A DNA stretch of 64,000 nt from contig OZ255836.1 of the NCBI GenBank assembly GCA_965277715.1, positions 4,230,797 to 4,294,796 on the forward strand, in the 5' to 3' direction. The notes under the pieces were generated by a model that was not told the DNA's origin, made no database searches, and saw only the letters and a program-made list of their open reading frames with translations. Positions 40,461-50,447 of the stretch are shown in pieces. The first letter of the stretch is position 1; every line of letters starts with the position of its first letter. Origin of the DNA: Gammaproteobacteria bacterium (GTDB lineage: Bacteria > Pseudomonadota > Gammaproteobacteria > JBCCGL01). The position numbers and the translations under genes are program-made.

Positions 40461-41275
40461 CAGATACTGTGAAAATGGTGTACAGGCCCGTGGCCCGTGC
40501 CGATATGCAGGCTGTCGGCGTGGTGAATTGCCTGGTTGAGGTAACTGTGGGCGCTTTCCACTGCGTGAGTGAGTGTGTGTCCTTTGGCCAGATTAGCGGC
40601 GATGGCCGCCGATAAGGTGCAGCCAGTGCCGTGGGTGTTGTTGGTCTGAACACGTTTAGCTTGCAGGCAACGGGTCGGTTGGCCTTGTATCAGTAACAAA
40701 TCCAGGCAGGTATCGCCTTTGGCGTGGCCGCCTTTCATTAATACAGCGCCAGCACCCATCGCTAACAGCGCTTCGCCTTGTTGGTGCATCGATGTTTCAT
40801 CGTGTGCTTCAGGGCGTTGTAAGAGTGTCGCGGCTTCAGGCAGGTTCGGGGTCAATAGGGTTGCACGGGGTAGCAAAGTATTTTTGAGGCTGCCGATGGC
40901 GGTGGGTTCAAGCAGCAGGTTGCCGGATTTGGCGACCATAACCGGGTCTAAAACCAGCGGAATTGATGCCTCTTTCAGGGCCAGTGCTACGGTTTCGATG
41001 ATATCAACGGAGGATAACATACCAATTTTCAGTGCAGCGACATTGAGATCGCTCAGTACGGCATCGATCTGTGCCTGTATTAGCCCGGCTGGGGTATTGA
41101 GCACAGCGGTGACTGCACGAGTGTTCTGGGCGGTTATGGCGGTGATGACGCTGGCACCGTAAACGCCTAGTGCTGAGAAGGTTTTTAAGTCTGCCTGGAC
41201 GCCTGCGCCACCACCGCTGTCTGAACCGGCAATGGTTAGCGCGATGGGCGTTTGGGTTGTTTGGTTGTGTTGCAA
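40457..41275 (-). CDS. thiD: Hydroxymethylpyrimidine/phosphomethylpyrimidine kinase
   Basis: [46 protein letters not shown]. The likely start is TTG 41275 after a GAGGAG RBS. Confidence 0.93.
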   Translation of the reverse strand: MQHNQTTQTPIALTIAGSDSGGGAGVQADLKTFSALGVYGASVITAITAQNTRAVTAVLNTPAGLIQAQIDAVLSDLNVAALKIGMLSSVDIIETVALALKEASIPLVLDPVMVAKSGNLLLEPTAIGSLKNTLLPRATLLTPNLPEAATLLQRPEAHDETSMHQQGEALLAMGAGAVLMKGGHAKGDTCLDLLLIQGQPTRCLQAKRVQTNNTHGTGCTLSAAIAANLAKGHTLTHAVESAHSYLNQAIHHADSLHIGTGHGPVHHFHSIW

Positions 41276-41340
41276 AGTGTGTTTCTCCTCGTGTCGGGTG
41301 CAGCGAGGAAGCAGGGTGTGCTCAGTGTTGTGAGCAAAAA

Positions 41341-41473
41341 CCGTTTCCTTCGCCGGCATTACCCGGGGCAGGTTCGATGGGTCGGTTTTCACCTCTCAGC
41401 CTTGCAGTCCGGAAAGTGCAGTTAAGCGTATATTTACGTTTAACTGTATTGTCCAGAGCTGGCACCCCAACAG
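41341..41473 (-). ncRNA. TPP (THI-box) riboswitch
   Basis: Minus strand reads CTGTTGGGGTGCC...GGCTGAGAGG...ACCCATCGAACCTGCCCCGGGTAATGCCGGCGAAGGAAACGG, directly upstream of thiD. Confidence 0.93.
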
Positions 41474-41580
41474 TCGCGGGGAAGGGTATCAATACATTGT
41501 TTTGGATGCAAGGTTGGTTTTCTAGTGCTTTTTCATCCGTGTTTCACTGTGTGAGGTAGCATGGGGAATCAAGTGATCAC

Positions 41581-42474
41581 TCACTGATATAACTCACACA
41601 AGTACCTTCCCAGTAAACGAAATTCGGTTTCCCGTGCGCTGCCTTTACGCCATGCCAGGGCAATTTCTCGGGTGCTTTTCTCTTTTAGTGGATAGGTTTT
41701 TACGCAGGTATTTTTTAGCATATGCGAGTTGCTTGCCATTTGTGGTAAAAAAGTGATACCCAGATCGCTGTTAACCATTTCGATCAAGGTTAACAAGCTG
41801 CTGGCGGCGAACCGGCTTACTTTCTCCAGGCTGCGGATTTTGCAGGCCGAGAGGGCATGGTCGCGCAGGCAGTGGCCGTCTTCAAGTAGCAGAATGCTTT
41901 CAGACTGCATGCGGTTAAAGCGGTAGTTGTGTGGGTCGACCCTTTGCGTGTCGCTCCGGCAGGCGAGTAAAAAGGGGTCTTCAAACAAGGTCATGGTCTC
42001 TATGCCGCGCAGTGGGTAGGGCAGTGCGAGTAACAGGAGATCCAGTTCGCCTTTGAGTAGCCGCTCGTAGAGTGGCTGGGTCTGTTCTTCACGTAGAAAC
42101 AGGTGGAGATCAATGAAGCGTTTACGCAAACCAGGCAATATTTTTGGCAGCATAAAGGGCGCGATGGTGGGGACAACACCCAGGTGTAAATTACCCGATA
42201 GCGGCGATTGGTTGTGCCTGGCGTGTTCTACCAGGGAGGCCAGATCACTTAACACCAGGCGCGCCTGAACGGCGATTTCCTCACCTGTGTGGGTAATGGT
42301 GATGCGTTTGTTGGAGCGGTCTACCAACTGGGTGTCCAGGGTGGTTTCCAGTTCTCGAATCGCGGTGCTAAAAGCGGACTGCGAGACAAAGCTCGCTTCG
42401 GCGGCCTTGCCAAAGTGACGATGCTCGCAGAGAGCGATGAAGTAGCCCAGTTGTTTGACACTGGGCAGGTTCAT
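41581..42474 (-). CDS. oxyR: LysR-family regulator, OxyR-like
   Basis: HFGKAAEASFVSQSAFS and LLLEDGHCLRDHALSAC, containing both redox cysteines of OxyR. Confidence 0.82.
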   Translation of the reverse strand: MNLPSVKQLGYFIALCEHRHFGKAAEASFVSQSAFSTAIRELETTLDTQLVDRSNKRITITHTGEEIAVQARLVLSDLASLVEHARHNQSPLSGNLHLGVVPTIAPFMLPKILPGLRKRFIDLHLFLREEQTQPLYERLLKGELDLLLLALPYPLRGIETMTLFEDPFLLACRSDTQRVDPHNYRFNRMQSESILLLEDGHCLRDHALSACKIRSLEKVSRFAASSLLTLIEMVNSDLGITFLPQMASNSHMLKNTCVKTYPLKEKSTREIALAWRKGSARETEFRLLGRYLCELYQ

Positions 42475-45400
42475 TGGACTTGTAGGTTGTGCACTTCGTT
42501 GACCGCTAAAGATAGCATGGCAAAGTCCATCGATTTACTGGCTTTCATTTCGGCAATCAGGCGTGTGTATTTTTCGATACTGTCGGCATTTGACTGTTGC
42601 CAGTGTTGCACGCGCTGCGGCGGTTTGCCTTGTTTTGCCGTGCGCAAAACGTCGCGGGTTAGGCTGCTTTGGCGGGCGTGCAGGTCTGAGCGCAGGCCGG
42701 ATTTTGCCAGCAGGTGCCAGTGGTTACCGGCGGTGAGTGCGGCGATTTGATCGCGCAGCCACTGTAGGTCGAGGTGTGATCCCAGGGTGAAAAATACATC
42801 GGCGACGTGCTCAACTTTTTCATCGTCCATTTTGGCAATGTCGACAATATCCAGCGCCGATGAATAGGGCACCAGCATCGATACGCGGGAGGCCAGCTTT
42901 TCCGGCACGCCTGCATCGGTGAAGTGGCGCACGCGGGCCTGCAGGGTTTTGCGGTTAATTTCCGCCAGTGGGCCGGGCATGCTGTTACTGAGTTTGACGG
43001 TGTCGCTTTTGAAGTAGTCGATAATGGACTGGATGCCTTGGCTTGTACGGCGGTTGCGCGTTAACCAGTGGATGCAGCGTTCGCTTAGGCCATTGACCAG
43101 AGCCAGCAGTTCGATTTGGGTACTGGCGGAAACCTGGTTGTCGAGCGCTTCGATATCACGCCACAGCGCAGGCATATCAAAGAGGGCACTACCCGCGACA
43201 AAGGCACGGCAGACATCAGCGGGGTGTGCACCCAGTTGGTCGTGGATCCGGTGTGTGAAGGTGGGGCCGATACGGTTGACAAATTCGTTACAGACGACGG
43301 TGGCGACGATTTCGCGGCGCAACCGGTGCCGCCCGATCTGGTGGGCAAACTTTTTGCGCAGTGGCTTGGGAAAATACGCCGTGAGCTGGGTGGCGAGGAA
43401 GCTGTCTTCAGGCAGGCTGGAGCTGAGCAGGTCTTCGTACAGTGTCATTTTGCTATAGGACACTAACACGGCCAGCTCGGGCCGCGTTAGTCCTTGCTTT
43501 TTAGCCATGCGTTCAGCGATTGCCTCACTGTCAGGCAGGTATTCGATATGGCGGTTTAGCTTGCCCTGCGATTCCAGTGTGCTGATAAAGCGGGCGTGCT
43601 CTTCGATAAGCATGGGCGCACGGGTATTTTCGATGCTGATGGCCTGGGTTTGGTAGTAGTTGTCACGCAGCACTAGCTCGCCCACTTCATCGGTCATATT
43701 GGCCAGCAGTCTGTTGCGTTGTCTGGTGGTTATATCGCCGTCATCGATTGCGGCATCGATCAGGATTTTGATATTGACCTCGTGGTCAGAACAGTCCACA
43801 CCGGCGGCGTTATCGATGGCATCGGTATATAAAATACCGCCCTGTTGTGCGTATTCGATACGGCCCAGTTGGGTCAGGCCCAGGTTGCCGCCTTCACCCA
43901 CCACTTTGCAGCGTAAGTCGGCACCGTTAATGCGCACAGCGTCATTGGCGCGATCGCGCACCTCGGCGTGGGTTTCTGTCGCCGCTTTGACGTAGGTGCC
44001 GATACCGCCGTTCCACAGTAAGTCCACGGGGGCGGTCAGCAAATGGTGGATCAGTTCGTTGGGGGTGAGTTGGGTATCGCTGATACCGAGCATGGCTTTT
44101 ACCTGGCGGGTCAGTTTGATCGATTTGGCGCTGCGTTTGTAGAGGCCGCCTCCCTTGGAGATTAGCTGTGCATCGTAGTCTTCCCAGCTTGAGCGGGGCA
44201 GTTCGAACAGGCGTTTGCGCTCGGCAAAGCTGGCTGCCGGGTCGGGGTTTGGGTCGAGAAAGATATGCAGGTGGTTAAAGGCACCGAGCAGTTGTATCTG
44301 CCCGGATAGCAACATACCGTTGCCAAATACATCGCCACCCATATCGCCAATGCCGACAACACTGAATGGCTGGGTTTGTGTGTTGACCCCCAGCTCGCGA
44401 AAGTGGCGTTTTACCGATTCCCAGGCGCCGCGTGCGGTAATGCCCATTTTTTTGTGGTCGTAACCAATCGAGCCGCCCGAGGCAAAGGCATCCCCCAGCC
44501 AAAACCCGTAGTCCGCCGATACACTGTTGGCAATATCCGAAAAGGTTGCCGTGCCTTTATCCGCCGCCACCACCAAGTAGGTGTCGTCACCGTCGTAGCG
44601 CACGATTTGTTGAGGCACTACCACCTTACCGGCGAGCAGATTGTCGGTGAGGTCGAGCAGGCCGCACAGAAAAGTTTTGTAACAGTGGACAACCTCATTC
44701 ATCAGGGTTTCACGATCCCCCCCCTGTGGGGTCTGTTTGACGACAAAACCACCCTTTGATCCCACCGGAACGATAACGGCATTTTTGACCATCTGTGCTT
44801 TCATCAGGCCCAGTACTTCGGTGCGGAAATCTTCGCGCCTGTCTGACCAGCGCAAACCGCCACGCGCCACCCGGCCACCGCGCAAGTGCACGCCTTCGAC
44901 GCGTGGTGAGGCGACAAAAATCTCAAACATTGGCCGGGGGAGTGGCATGTTTTTGATTTGCGCGGGGTCGAGCTTAAATGCCAGATACGCCTTGCGACTA
45001 CCCTGTGCATCGCGTTGAAAATAGTTGCTGCGCAGGGTGGCTTCAATCACATTCAGAAAGCCGCGCAGAATGCGATCTTCATCGAGGTTGACGACTGTCT
45101 CCAGCCGGGCGCGAATCTGTTTGCCGAGGGTTTGCTGGGCGGCTTCGCTGAGGGTGTTTTCCGGGTCGAACCGCCCTTTAAACAGCTTAACCAGCAGCGC
45201 GGTAATGGGTGTATTGGCGGCCAGTGTGTCGATCATATAGGCCTGTGAAAAAGGCACGCGAATTTGCAACAGGTATTTGCAGTAGGCGCGCAGCATAGCC
45301 GTCGCACGCCAGCCGAGGTTGGCGCCAATCACCAGGCGATTGAAGCCGTCATTTTCAACATCACCACGCCATATGCGGGCAAAGGCGTCCTGAAAGTTTT

Positions 45401-47306
45401 CACCGACAGCCTGTGGGTCGATGGTTTCACCTCTCACATGGCTAAGGGTGAATTCGTGAATCCATAGGGGTGTGTCGCTCTTGGGTGAGACTTTATACGG
45501 GTGCTCTCCCTGCACTTTTAGTCCCATGTTTTCCAGTACCGGTAGAATATCGGATGGGGCGATAAATGTATCCAGTGAAAACAGTTTGAAATTGACTGTG
45601 CCCGCGTCACTGGCCTGTGGTTGGTAAAGGTTCATTTCCAGTGTGCCATGGTTGCGTGCGGCTTCGATATGTTGAATATCGAGGCAGGCGGTGTGCGGTG
45701 AAAAATGGTCTTTATAACTACTGGGAAAGGCATCCTGGTAGCGGTTGAAAAAAGCGTTGCTGTGCTCTTCGTCAAACTGTTTGTCGAGCGCTTCGCGCAG
45801 TTTGTCCTGCCAGCTACGTGCGGCTTCAATAATACGCTGCTCGACCTGAGCAAAATCCGGAGGCATCTGCCCGGCACCGGGGCTGGCATTCGGGTCGGTG
45901 TGAATGACGTAGTAGAGGCGCGCTAGTATCGATTCAGAGGAAAACAGAGTATCGAACTCGACCTGTGTGCCGTTGAAGGCATCCAACAGAATGGCCTGTA
46001 TGGTTAAACGCAGTGCGCGGCTATAGCGATCACGGGGCACATAGACCATGCACGACTGAAAACGCTGGTATTGGTCGCTGCGCCCGAACAAGCGGATACG
46101 CTGGCGTTCCTGCAAATGCAAAATACCGGTTGCTATCGACAGCACATCCTCCGCAGGGCTCTGAAACAACGTGTCGCGTGGGTAGGATTCGAGAATATTA
46201 GATAGCGCTTTGCCATCGTGCGATTGGGCATCGAGGCCGCTGTACCCGATTACGCGGGCGACCTTTTGCCGCAATAGCGGTACATCGTCGACGCTCAGGT
46301 TATAGGCCGCTGAGGTAAACAGACCGACAAAGCAAATCCGCTCTTCGCGCCTGCCGTCACCTGTGTGGCGTTGCACACTAATCAAGTCCATTGGGCTTGG
46401 ACGGTGTACCGTCGAGTTAGCATCGGTTTTGGTGACATCCACCAGCCAGTTTGCGCCGATATAATGGGGGTTTTTATACGGCACAATGCTGGCCAATCGC
46501 TCGGCATCGCCGTCACGTAACAGGCCACATGTGCTGTCGAATACCGGTTTGAGTGTGTCGCCATTGCGGGTGAAGGTGCAATAGCCGAGAAAGGTGAAGT
46601 GGTTGTCTGCCAGCCAGTGGATAAAGGCTTGCAGTTCCTGGGTGTCGTTGTCGTCTTTGGGTTTGCCTTTTGTGGCCTTTGTGTGGGGGGCTTCTGCCTG
46701 AAGGGTTTCTGCCAGGGCTAAGGCGTGTGCACGCATCGGCTGCCAGTCGTCGGTGACGCGCTGTATATCGTCGATTACTGCGAGCATATCGCGTTGCAGT
46801 GCGGCGAGTACCTGCGGGTCTGTTTGCCGGTCGACTTGAAAGTGCATATACGATTCGGCGCAGGCATCGTGCGTATCGGCAATGGCGGTGATCGTGCCTT
46901 TCTTGTCACGCACCAGGTTAAATACGGGGTGAATGGTGAGGTGGGTCGTCAGACCTGCCCGGTTGATCACGAGTGATAAAGAATCCACCAAAAAGGGTTT
47001 ATTGCGGGTGATCACGTCGATAATCGTGTGGGTCGACTGCCAACCGTGTTTTTCAACGTGTGGGTTATACACCCTGACACTGGGGCGCCCAATCGTGCGT
47101 TTGACGCCCAATTGCCAGTGGCGTAGGGCGCCACCACACAAATCCATAGGGCTCGCCGTGTTGAGGTCTTCGAGCGGGACATTGGCAAAGTATTGGCGGA
47201 CAAATTGCCACAAAACATCATCGGGTTTCTCTGCGTTGTGCTGTTTTAGGGCGGTGAGAATTTTATTGACAACTGTACTGCGGCGTTGCGGGTTTGCGTT
47301 GGTCAT
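42471..47306 (-). CDS. gdhB: Large NAD-specific glutamate dehydrogenase
   Basis: 1611 aa; ARGGLRWSDR, KNAVIVPVGSKGGF, VVAADKGTATFSD, GIGDMGGDVFGNG, CSDHEVNIKI. Confidence 0.95.
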   Translation of the reverse strand: MTNANPQRRSTVVNKILTALKQHNAEKPDDVLWQFVRQYFANVPLEDLNTASPMDLCGGALRHWQLGVKRTIGRPSVRVYNPHVEKHGWQSTHTIIDVITRNKPFLVDSLSLVINRAGLTTHLTIHPVFNLVRDKKGTITAIADTHDACAESYMHFQVDRQTDPQVLAALQRDMLAVIDDIQRVTDDWQPMRAHALALAETLQAEAPHTKATKGKPKDDNDTQELQAFIHWLADNHFTFLGYCTFTRNGDTLKPVFDSTCGLLRDGDAERLASIVPYKNPHYIGANWLVDVTKTDANSTVHRPSPMDLISVQRHTGDGRREERICFVGLFTSAAYNLSVDDVPLLRQKVARVIGYSGLDAQSHDGKALSNILESYPRDTLFQSPAEDVLSIATGILHLQERQRIRLFGRSDQYQRFQSCMVYVPRDRYSRALRLTIQAILLDAFNGTQVEFDTLFSSESILARLYYVIHTDPNASPGAGQMPPDFAQVEQRIIEAARSWQDKLREALDKQFDEEHSNAFFNRYQDAFPSSYKDHFSPHTACLDIQHIEAARNHGTLEMNLYQPQASDAGTVNFKLFSLDTFIAPSDILPVLENMGLKVQGEHPYKVSPKSDTPLWIHEFTLSHVRGETIDPQAVGENFQDAFARIWRGDVENDGFNRLVIGANLGWRATAMLRAYCKYLLQIRVPFSQAYMIDTLAANTPITALLVKLFKGRFDPENTLSEAAQQTLGKQIRARLETVVNLDEDRILRGFLNVIEATLRSNYFQRDAQGSRKAYLAFKLDPAQIKNMPLPRPMFEIFVASPRVEGVHLRGGRVARGGLRWSDRREDFRTEVLGLMKAQMVKNAVIVPVGSKGGFVVKQTPQGGDRETLMNEVVHCYKTFLCGLLDLTDNLLAGKVVVPQQIVRYDGDDTYLVVAADKGTATFSDIANSVSADYGFWLGDAFASGGSIGYDHKKMGITARGAWESVKRHFRELGVNTQTQPFSVVGIGDMGGDVFGNGMLLSGQIQLLGAFNHLHIFLDPNPDPAASFAERKRLFELPRSSWEDYDAQLISKGGGLYKRSAKSIKLTRQVKAMLGISDTQLTPNELIHHLLTAPVDLLWNGGIGTYVKAATETHAEVRDRANDAVRINGADLRCKVVGEGGNLGLTQLGRIEYAQQGGILYTDAIDNAAGVDCSDHEVNIKILIDAAIDDGDITTRQRNRLLANMTDEVGELVLRDNYYQTQAISIENTRAPMLIEEHARFISTLESQGKLNRHIEYLPDSEAIAERMAKKQGLTRPELAVLVSYSKMTLYEDLLSSSLPEDSFLATQLTAYFPKPLRKKFAHQIGRHRLRREIVATVVCNEFVNRIGPTFTHRIHDQLGAHPADVCRAFVAGSALFDMPALWRDIEALDNQVSASTQIELLALVNGLSERCIHWLTRNRRTSQGIQSIIDYFKSDTVKLSNSMPGPLAEINRKTLQARVRHFTDAGVPEKLASRVSMLVPYSSALDIVDIAKMDDEKVEHVADVFFTLGSHLDLQWLRDQIAALTAGNHWHLLAKSGLRSDLHARQSSLTRDVLRTAKQGKPPQRVQHWQQSNADSIEKYTRLIAEMKASKSMDFAMLSLAVNEVHNLQVQ

Positions 47307-47637
47307 TGGAGTGCCCCTGTTAGGGTATCGGGAAAGTAACAGTATCTAACACGATTTGGGATAAAGCAGTATGGATTGCTTATGCAAAACATAAAAAAAT
47401 ACAATCGTCATCATCTGTGGTCGTGTGTTAAACAGCTTAATTATAGCGGTATAATTTTGTTTTAAAAAATACAGATAGGAATCGATAAAATGCTGTGTTG
47501 TCTGTGCCAATTTCTGTATCCTCGCGCCCTTGCGTGGTAAGCGGCTGTCTCTGCCCTGTATAACGGCATGCACTGCACGCTCACCCTAACTGATTTTGAA
47601 TAACCTTTGCCCGACAGGGCACAGCGGAGATAGCATT

Positions 47638-48891
47638 ATGTTTAGTAAGAATGACGAAATAGCCGGTTTTGACGATGCGCTCTGGGCGGCGATGCAGGCA
47701 GAGGATCAACGCCAGGAAGATCACGTTGAACTGATTGCCTCTGAGAACTACACCAGCACACGGGTAATGCAGGCGCAGGGTTCACAAATGACCAACAAGT
47801 ACGCAGAAGGCTACCCAGCCAAGCGCTATTACGGTGGTTGTGAAAATGTCGACGTCGCCGAGGCCCTGGCTATTGAGCGGGCCTGTGAATTATTTGGGGC
47901 TGCGTATGCCAATGTGCAGCCACATTCCGGCTCCCAGGCGAATGCGGCCGTTTATGGCGCGCTGGTAAAACCAGGGGATACGATTTTAGGCATGAGCCTG
48001 GCGCACGGTGGTCACTTAACGCACGGTGCCACAGTGAATTTCTCCGGCAAAATGTACCACGCAGTGCAATACGGTCTGAACGAAGCAACCGGCGAAATCG
48101 ATTACGACGAGGTGGAGCGCCTGGCCCACGAGCACAAACCAAAAATGATTGTGGCGGGCTTTTCGGCCTACTCACGGATTGTCGATTGGCAGCGTTTTCG
48201 CGATATAGCGGATGCAGTCGATGCGTTGTTTTTTGTCGATATGGCACATGTGGCCGGTCTTGTCGCTACGGGGCACTACCCCAGCCCGGTACAGATTGCC
48301 GATGTGTGCACCACCACCACTCACAAAACCCTGCGCGGCCCACGTGGCGGTATGATCCTGGCGCGGGAGAATGGAACGATCACCAAAAAACTTAATTCGA
48401 TGGTCTTTCCCGGTATGCAGGGCGGCCCATTGATGCATGTTATTGCCGCCAAAGCGGTCGCCTTTAAAGAAGCGTTACAACCGGATTTTAAAGAATACCA
48501 GGCACAGGTTGTCGTCAATGCGAACGCCATGGCCGAAGTGTTTCAGGCGCGTGGGTTCAAAATCGTCTCCGGTGGCACCGATAACCATTTGTTCCTGCTG
48601 GACATGATTGAGCAGGGCATCACCGGTAAAGACGCCGACGCGGCGTTGGGGCGGGCGCATATTACCGTGAATAAAAACAGCGTGCCGAATGACCCCCAAT
48701 CGCCTTTTGTGACCAGTGGTTTGCGCATTGGCTCACCGGCGATAACCACGCGGGGCTTTAAGGAGACCGAAGCAAGGCAACTGACACACTGGATTTGTGA
48801 TGTACTGGATAATATTAATGATGAGTCGGTTATCACTGCGGTTGCCGCTAAGGTGACTGAGCTGTGTGGGCGTTTTCCCGTTTATCGTTAA
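47638..48891 (+). CDS. glyA: Serine hydroxymethyltransferase
   Basis: [30 protein letters not shown]; ATG 47638. Confidence 0.97.
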   Translation: MFSKNDEIAGFDDALWAAMQAEDQRQEDHVELIASENYTSTRVMQAQGSQMTNKYAEGYPAKRYYGGCENVDVAEALAIERACELFGAAYANVQPHSGSQANAAVYGALVKPGDTILGMSLAHGGHLTHGATVNFSGKMYHAVQYGLNEATGEIDYDEVERLAHEHKPKMIVAGFSAYSRIVDWQRFRDIADAVDALFFVDMAHVAGLVATGHYPSPVQIADVCTTTTHKTLRGPRGGMILARENGTITKKLNSMVFPGMQGGPLMHVIAAKAVAFKEALQPDFKEYQAQVVVNANAMAEVFQARGFKIVSGGTDNHLFLLDMIEQGITGKDADAALGRAHITVNKNSVPNDPQSPFVTSGLRIGSPAITTRGFKETEARQLTHWICDVLDNINDESVITAVAAKVTELCGRFPVYR

Positions 48892-48924
48892 GCGTAGGTC
48901 ACCACAGTTAGAATCTCCGCGCTA

Positions 48925-48933
48925 TGTTACAAT
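48925..48933 (+). promoter_or_regulatory. Extended -10 promoter (TGn-TACAAT) 7 nt before the rpn ATG; repeated before each copy
   Basis: TGTTACAATTCTGCCC-ATG with no Shine-Dalgarno; identical before ATG 50448 and ATG 51866. Confidence 0.55.
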
Positions 48934-48940
48934 TCTGCCC

Positions 48941-49822
48941 ATGAAATTCGCCGACCCCCGCAACGACATTGCCTTCAAGAAAATCTTTGGCAATGCCCAG
49001 CACAAAGAAGTGTTAATCCACTTCGTCAATGCTGCGTTGGATTTTCCTGAAGGGGCCAAAGTTGTCGATGTCAATTTCAAAAACCCCTACCAGCCCCCAA
49101 AAATAGAAGACCTGAAAGAAACCGTGCTGGATGTGACCGCCACTGACCAGCAGGGGCGTAGTTTTATCATCGAAATGCAAGTACAGCGTGACAGTTGGTT
49201 CGCCAAACGCAGCTTGTACTACACTGCCAAATCGTACGTTAACCAACTGGACGCAGGGGAAGACTACCAACAACTGAAAAAAGTGCATTTTATCGGCATT
49301 CTAGACTTTGATTTCAGCCTCGACGCCCAACAGTACCTCTCCAACCACCTAATACTCAACACCCGTACCGGGCAAAACCAATTAAATGACTTTGCTTTTT
49401 GTTTTATCGAGCTGCCTAAATTCGACAAAACCTTAGAACAATTGGAGGGTGTTGTAGATCAATGGATTTACTTTCTCAAGCACACAGGCAAACTGGAGTC
49501 GATACCGGCGTTATACCAGCAAGACCCGGTTTTCAAAACTGCCTTTGAAGTAGCTAAACAGCATAGCTGGAGTTCGCAGGAGTTGGAGGTTTACGATTAC
49601 ATAAGCCTGCGTCGGGGTCGGGAACTCAACCAGATCCAAACCGCTAGAGAAGAAGGCCGAGAGGAAGGCCGAGAAGAAGGCCGAGAAGAAGGCCGAGAAG
49701 AAGGCCACGAAGCGTTGGCCGCGAAAGCGGTACCCGCGCTTATAATGTTGGGTCAATCTGATGATCAGATTGCCGAGACGCTGGGCCTGCACCATGAAGT
49801 AGTAGCCCGGTTCAGAAAGTGA
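48941..49822 (+). CDS. Rpn-family (PD-(D/E)XK nuclease / putative transposase) protein, copy 1, 293 aa
   Basis: DPRNDIAFKKIFG, LDV, IIEMQ, KRSLYY, FIELPKF, QWIYFLK; (GREE)x4 followed by an HTH-like tail IAETLGL. Confidence 0.9.
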   Translation: MKFADPRNDIAFKKIFGNAQHKEVLIHFVNAALDFPEGAKVVDVNFKNPYQPPKIEDLKETVLDVTATDQQGRSFIIEMQVQRDSWFAKRSLYYTAKSYVNQLDAGEDYQQLKKVHFIGILDFDFSLDAQQYLSNHLILNTRTGQNQLNDFAFCFIELPKFDKTLEQLEGVVDQWIYFLKHTGKLESIPALYQQDPVFKTAFEVAKQHSWSSQELEVYDYISLRRGRELNQIQTAREEGREEGREEGREEGREEGHEALAAKAVPALIMLGQSDDQIAETLGLHHEVVARFRK

Positions 49823-49895
49823 CGGATAGCAAAAAATAAAAAGATTAAGCGTATTTAACTGCATTTAAAAAGGAATTTATTAAACAAAGCCTTTT

Positions 49896-50160
49896 AGCAG
49901 CCACCTGCAAGCTGGTGAAGGCATCACAATCGACGGTCAGGATGTAAACATTCTCGTCTCCCAGGATCTGTCGACACGGGAAACCGGTACGGAGCACAAA
50001 AACTTCACTATTGCCATCGACCTGTACGGGGGCAGCGGGGGTGGTGTCAACCTGAGCAGCGATAGCGCCAGTAGCCACCGCCGTGAAGTCACGCAAACCA
50101 ACGCCGCCCTGTTGGCCAATAACATCACAATAAACACAATAAACACAAGGGACACCACAC
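49896..50160 (+). pseudogene. Fragment of filamentous hemagglutinin/CdiA-like repeat coding sequence
   Basis: Translates as SSHLQAGEGITIDGQDVNILVSQDLSTRETGTEHKNFTIAIDLYGGSGGGVNLSSDSASSHRREVTQTNAALLANNITINT...RDTT, with no start codon. A shorter copy lies at about 51389-51580. Confidence 0.6.
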
Positions 50161-50167
50161 CGATCAG

Positions 50168-50415
50168 GTATTTCCCAAGACACAGGTACGGTTGTGCATC
50201 ATTCATTAAGTGCGTACCTCGCTGAAATATGTTTCCTGAAAGGGCTACAAGGTGGTCACAGCCGATTTGAAGATGGTCTACCGGGTCAACAGAGTAGGCA
50301 GGTTTACAGGTTCTGACGGGCTTTGGTGAATGTTGGGAGGGTCAGTACCCAAGCATTCAAGGTTTACAGCAAGCCAATTGAGAGAATCTAAGGATATTGT
50401 TTGATTGCCTGACAG
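50168..50415 (+). pseudogene. Decayed IS256-family transposase fragment
   Basis: VFPKTQVRLCIIH*VRTSLKYVS*KGYKVVTADLKMVY...WEGQYPSI...AN*ENL, resembling the IS256 QxCxxHxxRNS region, with in-frame stops. Confidence 0.75.
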
Positions 50416-50447
50416 TAGAATCTTCGCGCTATGTTACAATTCTGCCC

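Noticed and set aside
41276-41392. N-terminal extension of thiD in the ORF track (311 aa)
   Set aside because: It overlaps the TPP riboswitch; an RBS-supported TTG start exists at 41275.
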